The notes beneath the pieces are model-generated. The model made no database searches and was not told where the DNA came from. It was given only the letters and a program-made list of their open reading frames with translations. The position numbers and the translations under genes were made by a program. From contig CM120646.1 in NCBI GenBank assembly GCA_051362555.1, forward strand, positions 17,794,001 to 17,858,000: a stretch of 64,000 nt of DNA, in the 5' to 3' direction. This DNA is from Lingula anatina. Lineage: Eukaryota; Animalia; Brachiopoda. Positions 26,301 to 38,400 of the stretch are shown here, piece by piece; the first letter of the stretch is position 1; each line of letters opens with the position of its first letter.

Positions 26301-29300
26301 GTTTTTACAAAATCTTATTCTGTTTTTAACTTGGAAGCTTACCTTTCTGTTTGAGTTTTGCTATTTTAACAGGTTTTCTATGGAATGGGACTCCTTGAGC
26401 TATTTGGCATAACTTACAGATCTAGAATCCATAGGCGTAGTTTTTATCGTTGATCACATAAAACAGAATCATCACACCTAAAAACCCAACATGTGGATTC
26501 TCCTACTGTGTAAACGGTGCCTCTCGCTTGGTCTGCACACAGGCCTGTTCACAATTTCTGAAACCACACAGAAGCTGAACAGAATGTCTGTTATCTTTTT
26601 CGTTCCAATGTCTTGCACCTTGTTTTCCACGCTCCGTGCCAAGCCCGATCCACAATGTTTTAATTTATGTAAATCACTCGAGCGAAGCACAGCTTCATGC
26701 TCGTCTTTAACCGGCGCCAAGGTAACTGCAGCGTGAAGCTCCAATCTGGCTCCGAATCAAATCTTAATGAAAAATCGATGGTTGCTCCAATTAATTTGCT
26801 TTTTTATATTTACTTTTCCCCGAATGATCTCAGCCGTACGTCAGCTAAGCCAAATCACGAATGGTGAATGCTACAGGACAGTAACTGTTCCACTAACTTT
26901 GGGGTTAATATCATGTGGCGCGAATGTCCACCAAATTAAGTTGTCAGGACATCAAGAATTCTCCCCAACTCCCGTGGTACTACTGGCCCTGAAGATTATT
27001 GGAATAATAACTGAATTGGCGATTGGACGCAGTGAGTGCTCATCTTCTCCAGGCGTTTTTTTTTTCCTGTGACAGTCACCTGTCATACGTACGATTGTAC
27101 GAAAATGGCCACCTGTTCTTCGTTTTCATTTCTAAAAACCCTTATTTGTGTCATTTCTAGGAAAATATATCCTTTAAGTGGCCTTAGCCCTCTAAATCTG
27201 ATTAATCAGTATATTGTGAAGTGTTTTCTCTGGCCTAAATGGAAAGTTTCAGGGTAAACATCGCACTGCGATTTTAGAACAGGTGCGACAACGTGTGTAT
27301 CGCTACGTACTGTGGAGCCTATATCTATTAGCATGGACCAAAATTTGAAACAAATCCAAATGCACAACTGCCCAGTTTCCCTTTCTTGTACTCATTCGTG
27401 TACCACATACCAGCTCAGCTTTGTTGTTATGATATTTTAGACTCTTTGGTTTGTCCTCTCTGTATGCTGTATAATGACGATATCCTTTTCATAGGGTCCT
27501 CCATTCACTTAACACTTTAAAAATTAAGCTGAAGAGGATGGTATTATTCCAGAATCTGGCACGGAGTGGTAGGTCTCCTGGCGCTGTTGAATGGGTTAAC
27601 ACGAGAGATAGATTCCTCTCCTCTAGGGCATGGTACAATATCCCGACTCTCTGATCGCACACTTACTATGCTATCGCTTTTGGAGAATTTCATTCCAGGA
27701 TAGATTTTGCTTTCATGGGAATTCAGATTGGAATTGGATTGAGGCGTAACAACGTAAGGTGCCGACTCCACTCCTTCTGAGAATAGAAAACGTCTTAATT
27801 CACAGATACATATGACGGAAAAGAAGCACTTTGGATGATCACTTTTATCTGTATTTCGGTCAATGGCAATGACTAGTTGAACAAATCCCGTCTTTCTAGT
27901 TCAAAGTGTGAATACTGTCCAATTTCAGTGTTGACAGCTATAGGCACTTGAGCGATCTTCTTTGTATTCGGCAAAATGAGAAGAAACGTGTATACTTTTT
28001 TTTTTTGCTACGGGGTTCAACACAAAATTTGCGCAAAGCACCAGTCGCGCTTAATTCACTTTCAAATTGCCGTGTTTTAATTAATAACCATCTTAATGAG
28101 CCAAATTTGAACCATGAAAAAATTCATTAACATATTCTTTAGAATCTTAATTGTGCTATTAAAAAGAAAAGTATACACCCAATGATTTAATCAACCCAAT
28201 TAATACCATGAATCAGTAGAAAGGTATTCGTTACTTAATTTAGTTTATCGGTCTGTAGTTAGTCTAAATATCCCTAGTGGAAGATATAGCATCGCACAAG
28301 ACAAATGGTTCTAGTTTAAACCATTACATTTGTACCATTTGGGTTGCATCAATTTCCACGATAATGAATTGCATTAAAGTGAAAAGACGTATCCTTTCCG
28401 CAGCTTCTACTGTAACTAACTCAGTCCGATGGGGTGAGGACCCGAGAAACGCGCAGCCCTTTCGTTCCCAGTACTGTTATCTAAGTCAAAGATGCGAGCG
28501 TCTCACCCCTATCCTAACGTTATTTTACCGCCTGTTACCTCAAATAGATAAATGCTTTATTCCCATAAATGTAATACTTGTAAAAAGGACATTGCTTTTG
28601 TGTGTCGTCTAACTGTTAAGGTCATATAGGGACACTTCCTAAAGTATACTTAATTGGATGTATTATTAAAATGTCGTGAGTGAGTGTCCAATATCCTTTC
28701 CAAATGACAGCGATATGGTTCGAAGAAGCCAATTATATAGCATAACTAATTTTATGCGCTTAATTGGTTTTTGGTTTTAATTTATAAGGCCTGCAGGGAA
28801 TGATAACGCCAATACGCTTAATGAAGTGCTCTGACGAAGTATTTTCTGAATAAAGCCCATCCAGTTTAAAGAAGCCCAAAGATCAATATTTATTTTAATT
28901 CCAATACCAAATGCATTCTTCCCCCTTATACCCTGCGTTATCATTACTCATATTAAAATAGGGAATCTACCAGTCAGAATTTCTCGGCAAAGTGTACCCG
29001 TTTAATTTATTTAAAATGAGCATCGCTCAAAAATGAACAATGCATTTGATGCATTTTGCAAACAAAGAGATGTTTGTCGCATTTGCTTCTGCTATTTTAC
29101 ACGATTCAGATTTGATTTGTGCTTCAAATAGAAAACAATTGGAAACAAAAGTAGTCAATTTGCGTAATGCCCACTGTGGCGCCCACCACTTTCAGGTACT
29201 TACTTCGCAGCTGTCATGATGTGTCATACCACGGCTACCTTTCCTTCCTGGACATGGTACACGGCAGGTGTGGTGACACAGGTCGGGAAAGCCAGCGTGT

Positions 29301-32300
29301 AGCTTCCGGTCGCATCCAGGTTCCTTTGTTTAAAAAATTGAGAAAGTACACTTCAAATCTGTGCTTCGATGTTTTTATAGCGCAGGTAAAACAGTACATC
29401 AATTGTACCACTGGTGTGTATATCTTACAATTCACCTGCGATGAAATGCTGTTTACTTGTGCATAAAACTTGTTAATGCGCTGTACACTGCGCCCCTTGT
29501 TTCACTAATTGAAGATGGCACGGCGCACCTGATGGGATCGGAAGGTGAGTGCTGTAGTGTGTGTTGCCAGCGGGGATGCACCAGTCACTATGCTCACTGT
29601 GCCTCAGCTCAATCAGGAGCACTCGCGAGGCCAAGAGAGAGTAAATGTCTACTGCCAGCAAAAACAATTCGGGGGGATTTCTCACCTGAGCCAGTTCAAG
29701 GCTGGCCTATGGAAGTATTGTAGTGCCAATCGATCAATGCCCAGACGTTTTGGTTGTCTCACTCGCTCTTGTGATAAATGACGAGAACGCTGTTTGTTTT
29801 TTGTTGTTTTTTTATGTTGAACACATGTTCGTCAAGCTGCATATAATCTGATACTACATATACCAGATGTATACCAAAATGTGTAACACGAACACGTGTA
29901 ACATTCCTGTAACACGTGTAAAGGAGCACCTAATACGACTTTTAGTATTCCAATGGTAAGACTTATGTATAGGATCACAGATCTTTTGGTGTTTTATTAG
30001 GGTAAGGGTTAGGCGCTCCGTTATATCATCAGATTTAAGCTTTAGTTAGCTTAACCTTTTCAAGCCAAACGAATTTGGTACCCGTCCTGTTGATTGGGCG
30101 TAAACGCCATGACACGTCTGGCGGATACTGACACCGAAATTATAATTATGAACAATCTAGCAATTTTATCAAATCTCCGTGTAATAGAAGTAAAGTGGAC
30201 TGCTTTCGATACTCATGATTTCGATATCATGAGCGGTCAATGTCCTAGTGACGTCAGGCGGATTGTATATAAAGTCATCAGACTATACAGTCAATTAACA
30301 AAATGATTGTAGTGTACGAGAGACTCGCATACAGTCGACTGTAAGGAAACGTGTCTTTGAATTTTAATTTATAATTCTCTATTATTATTTTTAATATACT
30401 TTACACGCTAGCGATCCTGAATCTGGTCTACCTATTTTACTTGAAAACTTAACAAAACATGTTAATCTGAGCTTACATCAATCTCTCTACACAGGTGCTT
30501 TACCAGGAATCAGTCGTTACTGCTTTGTATAGAAGTTAAATTAGAAATCGATTTTATCTCTGACAAAAACAGGAAGGGTTCATTTTCATCCAGTTGCTTT
30601 CAGGAATTTCAATTTGTTAATTGAATTTCGTTGTACACGGGTTGTTTATTTAACAAGAATTTGCAGTAAAAACAAGACTCGCTTGGCGAGAGATTGAATT
30701 CTTGAAAATGCTCGAAACGGCACCCACTTTGGCAGACATGTATGTCTGGCTGTTAGGGGAAGTTCTACGTGCATTTGCAGGGAATATATCCAATCACTGG
30801 GGTACGCTTTTTCTGCAGGGGCTTGATTTTCCAATTCGGTCACCCAAGCAGGCACTCTGACTAATTATATGAAAATTTGATTTAAAAATCCTGTGCGAGG
30901 TATTCGCCAACTGTCCCAATGGTGTTCATCTTATCTATATATTTAGATAAAATATTCTATTTACTAAATCATAATGAAAGTTATGCAGACACAATATAAC
31001 GTATTTGTCGTCACTATTCACTACAATCTATCTCGCAGTGATTTATTCAGATTTGTGACCCACTGCTGCCTGTTTTGAGCGGTTCTTTTCAATTAACCCC
31101 ATTCCTGTATATTGAAAACTGTAACCTCGGGTCATCATAACTCAGATTGGAACCTCTGTTTCAATGGAGCTAATAAACTGCACTGCCTGCCAGTCAATTG
31201 TATTCTTATATACGCGAGTAAAACAGCGTTTTCTTTTCTTTATATCAGTCCCTTATTGATAACGTTTCAATCTATCTACTACATTCCATGTAGCTATCCA
31301 AAGTACTTAAAATACTTTTCGATGCAACAGGGCAATATAATTATCATGGAGAGCGGCGAGGAACTTTTTTGAACTGAGAAACACGTGCACCTCCCAATCA
31401 GTCCAGTTTGGTTCTTTCTCCACTGGGAAATGCCTGGCATCCAATTTTAGCGGTTTGTAAATGACTTTTGTATCTTCTGGTGCTGAAACGGTTTATTTTG
31501 CCAGGGAAAACACCCACATAGTAACCGTAAATCAAAAACAATCAGTTGATTTTCACCCAATTTGCTGTCCCTAATTTCAGTAAAGAATCAAAATGCCATT
31601 CTTTTTTTCCTGGCAGAACCACCTTTATGCACTGTAGGAAAACGTCTGATTTATTGCGGCCCTCCATTTACGTATATGGCCCTCAGCATGGATTCTAAAA
31701 GAGATGTATATTACTATCACATAATCTGCTCAGAATCCCAAATCCAAAGTCAAAAGCTTGGGAAATAAGACACTTCTCAGACACTTGATCCTATGCCAAT
31801 ATCATCTGACTTTTAGATGCGATTGCGTAGCTCTATCGTGCACCAACGATCTCCTTTTTTTCTTTAAAAACCGTTTAAGGGATTGAGAACCATCAGTGAT
31901 TTATCTGTTGGGAATTGTTAAAAATTAACCTTTATCGATAAACAATTGTGAAGCTGTATGTATTAACCCCGGTGTCAAAACGACAGGATGTATTTCTTAT
32001 ACGAGTTAAACAGAACCATTTACCTTCCAGTTATTCCAGACAGCTGTGGAATCCATACTCGCTATGAGATGTTCCAAATTTCATATCTTCATTATCCTTC
32101 TACATGTGCTTTTACAGTTAAAAATGGCTAATTGTATGGGTAATGGTATGGGAATGCAGCAAACTGTTGGAGGTTATGAATAATAGTAGTTGGCATACGT
32201 GATTTTAGGTAGTAGTCATGGTCCAATTTTTACATCAAGAATGAAGGAAGATATCATACACTCGAGTACCATATAGCCTTTTATACATGTATGAACAAAA

Positions 32301-35300
32301 CTTGTCTGTACATTCACGTTAACCCTAATACTTGTTGTACCCTTAATGGGGCTTTTTTCTCTTTCATTTTTTACAACAAAGGTGATGTTTGTATTCCTCG
32401 TTATTTCTGAAAGGGGTTATTGCCAGAAATTGAGAAAAAGTGACCCGTTTACCGATGACATTTCTTTTCTTTTACAGATGATTTGATATCGAAACAAATA
32501 ATGAAGAGACCTCTTGCCACCTGAAAATTTGTTTAAGGTTCCCTTACATGATGGTCGAGAACTAAGATCACTCCTTTACAATTCTACTTGTATGTATTAT
32601 TGTTGCTTGAAAAATGGCATTACTATTTCACGGCACCATAAAACGAAAATGTTACCCTCAAACAAATCGATTTTTACTCCAAGCTAAATATGTAACCTTC
32701 ACACAAGGGTGGTATATTCTTTTGAAAGACAACAGAACAATTTGCCCATCCTCTAACAAACAAATGTGCAATCAATGATGAGTATTTGTCGGAAATGTGC
32801 AACCCATTATGAGCATTTCATAGGCAATGAAAAATCTATTTATATCCATTACCCGTCGAATCCTCATTGGATGCAGTGTATGTGCCCATTTCGACACGTG
32901 CCGTACTCAATAATTGACGTGACAACCTTTCGAAAATAAGGGATTAGATTGAATTATTACTGCTCTTTCAGACACGAACTTCAAGCATTGGCAACTCTGA
33001 TGAATTGGATCTTGTTTTATTGTGGGTAATTTGTTCTATAAGGCGACAGTTATCTGATTTTGATATAATAAATAAATCACGGGCACTCTGACGTGTTCGG
33101 TAAAACTGGTCTGCAAGGAATTTTTTTTCTTTTCTTTTCTTTTCACCATAGTGCAGTAATAGAATCACAAGAGCGGGGGGAAAAGGATATAAACATCCAG
33201 TTAACAGGTGGCCCATTTTATATTACAAGGAACGGGTCTTATTAGTCACATATATTAAGTTTACTGAGGTACACTCCACTGTTTCGTAATATGAATGCCG
33301 GAATTCGGGTTTCGTGTATAATTGAATAATAATGCACAATATGCCTGCTGGTCTTATAACACATTAAGGAAGCATAGAGAAATATGGTTCAAGAATGGGT
33401 TGGGCCCAACCCACACGAAAGCACAGTAAATTACGGAGCCGTGATGCTCTTCTTTTTTACATACATGTATATACCAGAGTGTGTCCTGCTACATACTGTA
33501 CATTGGTGCACGTACGTGTAGCTTTCTTTGGGCGGAAGTTTATCGGCAATGAACATATTTAAACTAATGGTGAACACTGAGCATTTTGTCACCAAAGATA
33601 ACCAACATTAAGTCAATAAACAAATTAGTGATGCACACAAGACGAAAGTGAATGGACAGTCACGATCTTTTTTCTTTTTTGAAAAAAAAACACATTTTAG
33701 ATAAGATATGCCAACGTTTATATAAAATCCATCGAGAGTTTATGTAAGAAAAAAAGGACATGTTTCCATTGTGCATATCTGACAAATGTTTCCAATAATG
33801 ATAAACTAGCATTTATTTATTTTATAATTCGTGTTAGATATAATTTCGGGAAACTTAACTGGCTATTTAGATCTTTATAGTTTCAAAATGCAAATATTTG
33901 AAAAAACCGTCCGGTTAACAGAATACGAGATGCTCTGAACACGTATTGTAGCATGTTCTATCGAATGCGCTTTATATATTCTCCTCTCAAAGAGAAAAAA
34001 CTCGTACTGGTTCCGCTTTTTAATACCCATGTAATCTCCGGTGAAAAAAATTGTTTTTGCCAGTATTGACTTCAGCCAAGGATGTTGTGTTCACGATGGA
34101 TGACGGGGTAACTGCCCATTTCTGTTATCTATTTGGATAATGTCATTTACTTGCAGATATACGTTTTTTGCGCGAAACCATTTCACGACACAGACTTAAG
34201 CACGTTCAAGCCTTTGCAATCTGGATTCATATTTCCCCTTGTCTAGGTTACTTTGTGCCAACATTACGTTACCTAACAGTGATACTACTACATGCCTGCC
34301 CAAACTAACATGAATGCCACAAAATTTAATTCAAATTCGAGCTTTCGCCTGGCTTCGCAATGATGAATTGCTTCCAATTAGCGGCAGTTCAAGTTCTACC
34401 AGTGCGGCTGCTACTTTTCTTTGATGTTTTCTCCAGCTGCGGTCGCCCAGGTGGTACGCCACTACGACGAAGGTGTTATTAGCTCCAGGAAAAAACAACA
34501 ATAATTCTGTATCTTGTTTTTAATGAGATAGTTAAGTGAATGTCACCTGTTTGCGTGTTGCATCTTACCTCAAGAGCTTGTTATCTTTTATCTGTCTTGA
34601 AAAGGTGAAATGCTTGGTCGTGGAACTGGTTTCGATACTATCTCAAAGCAAGTGAATTGCTTTGGTACATTATAGCCGCTAGTTGCAAAGATTTTAGATT
34701 GACGTCAGCTTGGGTACAGTAGCAAATGCAAATGTGAGACGGTATTTTTTAAGAAACAAGTTTATTCGGTGCCGACTATGAACATTAGCTGCTTCTCTAT
34801 TAGATACATTTCAGCTGCCGCCTTATTCAACACAGTGATTTGTGAAAAAGTAATGTGATTTGACCGAAATATCATTTCCTGCTGATGTTTTTTCATTTAA
34901 AATTGTACTTACTTTGGTAAAATATATGCTACGATACAATGCAATTCTGTTCAAGGAAGAAAAATGCAGAAATTATCTCTTTTACAGCATTGATAAAAGA
35001 CCGTTATTTTAAGTAGCAAGACAAGTAAAAAAAATATATTAATCTGATTGCATTCAGCAAGAGTCCCCGCGGAGTTAATTGGAACTTCCTACATTTAGTA
35101 CAGTAGTTGCATTGTAAACGCACTCATAGAAATACTACCTTAGTTTGACAGAATAACGGATCAGTTTATATGACAAGACACTTTAACAAAAGGAGTTCCT
35201 GTGTCGGTTCCTTGATCAATGTGCCCGTTGCTGCCTTGGTCACGGACTGTAGGCTCGCGCTCGTTAATTATCCGTATAGAACAATTAAGCGTCTATTCTC

Positions 35301-35458
35301 TAGAATTTTGCTATTTTTGTATAGAATTTATCCTCTTTTTCAATGATTAAGACGCATCATATGCCACAAAGAGTTGGGGAAAGGTTTAAATCAATAAGTA
35401 TTGTTGACGTAAGACAATTACTATTGCGTAATTGCTGTTGGGCATTGCCCCCTTCCCC

Positions 35459-35492
<34 letters not shown>

Positions 35493-38400
35493 GGTATATC
35501 ACAGTAGTTAACATATCAACTGAACCACCTTTCCGTATATACTGTTTATATGAACTTCGGTAAGTATCAATCTACCTGCTTAACCTAAAGAGGATCACTT
35601 CCTCCCTACTGTCTTCTGCTTCATAAAAATATTACGGGCATTCAACTCTTGGCTACCGAATTTTGTAGACAGAAAGAAGTATTACTGTAGGCCTAAGTAT
35701 AATGTACTCTTTATCTTTATACATGTACATATGCCTCTGTTTTCCATTGCAGTGGAAATCGCCGGGATTCCGTTGGTAAAAGATTCCTTGCTGCTGGGAA
35801 ATGTAGGGGAACCTGGTTTCTATAGAGTCAACTATGATTCCAGGAACTGGGGGCTTATTATCGATTTGCTGAATAGAAATCACACGGTTAGTATATGTGG
35901 CCTTGCTTATCTCCTCATAACTGGGACCTGGATTTTTTAAAGATTTCAGTATATATGTCGTTCTTATAGGTTTTTTGAGACACTTTTTCTCTCAGAGAAA
36001 TTTTCTCAGAGACATTGATGATAAAGCTGAGTTTAGCCCAGGTAATTCGCAAATGTCATTGTTGTTCTGTGTTTGATAAGCTTGTTTTAAAGAACTTGAC
36101 CTTTCTCTTGGTTCATAGGTTATCGCCCCGGAAATTCGCGCTCAACTAATAGACGATGCATTTAACCTTGCTAGGTAAAGGCAGTTAAATCATTCTAAAA
36201 ACTTTTTAAACCAGCTGCTGCGTGTAAAGTATCGGGATAGATTAACGACAGGGGATATACCGTAACTGCTGCAATGAGTGTGATTGGAAGAAAATTATAT
36301 ATATTCACTGAATATTTCATAAGCGTTTTAACTACATCTCTGTTATTATAACACCTTCAGGCATCATTTCTCCTTAAAGTGCATTATAAGATTAGTAATC
36401 TTTATCAAGTTGAACACAATATACACCGTTTCAGATCTGGGATGCTACCTGCTACCACTGCATTAAGGCTCACCGAGTACCTCTCGCGGGAACGAGAGTT
36501 GGGACCATGGCAGACGGCCATAAAAATATTTCGTTTAATAGACAAAATCATCGCACGAACTGCATTTTATGTGGAATTCCGGGTATATTTATTTATTTAT
36601 TTATTTTAATGTTGTTCTTTATTTGTTTTCAATCCAATGTTTCCTTGCACTTATGTTAATGAATCCCATGTTAACGTACACATACCAATATGCAACCAGA
36701 TTTTTCGTGTTGCACTAGAGAACATAATATGAATAGATGTGCAGTAGTGAAGCCAAAGATAAGAACCGTACCCAATCTTTTCTGGTACTCAGGTGGAAGT
36801 GAAAAGTCTTACATCTTACCAAAGTCTCCCACCTTCAAAAGCTGAATACTGTTAAAAAACTAAGAACCGCAACATTTCGCATTTGTACATGTATATCAGT
36901 TGTGATTCATAAAATGACATGTCCGTTTTACCTATTTCAGAAATATATTCACGGTCTCCTATTGCCATTTTACAATGAACTGGAATGGAAAGATGTTGGT
37001 GATTACCCAAAAAGGTACTTTTCTTACGATTGCAATTGTCATATCAGTTAACACATGCGTTGAACCTGCCAAAAACAGAAGTATATATATTGATGCACCT
37101 TGAAAGATCTACATTATAGTTGTTAAATATGCTTATATCTTTATTTAACAATTATAATGTAGATCTTTCAAGGTGCATCAATATATATACTTCTATTTTT
37201 ATCAAGATCTATACGGTGAATTAACATGGAACCTGCCAAAAACAACATGTATTTTTATAAATGTATCATTGTTGACACAGTAGCTACTGTTCATCGTAAT
37301 ATTACTGGACGTACCTTTTTGCATACCAGTAATACACGTATTGATCAATTATCTGATTAATTCCTAGAAATTGTCTTTGAAAGGTTGTTGAGAATCATGG
37401 TGCTCGAAAACTCGTGTTACTTCGGTAATAAAGACTGCGCCAACAGAGCCATGGTTTCCTTCAGGGGATTCGTCAACGCTTCAGCGGACCAGAGGTAAGA
37501 TTGCAGCCATTCTCTTTATTTTGTCCATTGTTATTAGATTAGTGCGTCATTTATGTTATAAAAATAAAACAAAAAGATAATTGTGTTTGTTTTCCAGGAA
37601 AAAGTCTTTAAGATAGTAAAGGCGACTTTTAGAAGTTTTTCATCAGGTTTCATACAGTGGAGAGGTTTGTTTAGATAGGAGTCGCGTAAAGGTCATATAT
37701 CTATCCTATATAACTGTATATATTCGTTACAAAACACAGAGAGATAGATAGAGAGAGAGAGAGAAACACTACAGTTACCTTATCCTATTTAATAGCGTCC
37801 AACGCTTTGCGTCCTTGCGACTTTTTATATAGACATAATATATTTTTACCAAGCGAATATTCAATCTGTTTCAGTAAGTTGAATCTTTGTTATTTTAGAT
37901 CCTATCAAGACGTTTCAGCGAACGTCTTTTCAGTCAGCGGATCAAAGCTTTAAATCCACATCAATGTATACGATGCTAATATTGATCATTCTAGCCCCCT
38001 CCCGGAGACATTTGAAGAATTCGCATATTGCACAGCGATTCGTGACGGTACACCACGTGACTGGGACCTCCTATGGTTACATAGGGATCAGATGGAGGGC
38101 GCGCTGTCATGTAGCAAGGAATTATGGGTACTGAGTAGGTAGGTTTTCAAACGTATAGCAACATTTCTTTTGGGTCCTTTGGATATTTTAAAGCATGAAA
38201 TGACAATATACAGTGGAAAGATCTATAAGAGCTGTGGAAACATTTCATATTATCATGTTTTTTTGTTTTTTTTTTTGAGAGAGAGAGAGAGAGAGAGAGA
38301 GACCCGCCCTTCATTCCATCCCAGTGTGCATCGTTAACATACACTGTACAAAAATTATATAACACATTTACCGTTAATCAATTTTTGAACCCATTCCAAC

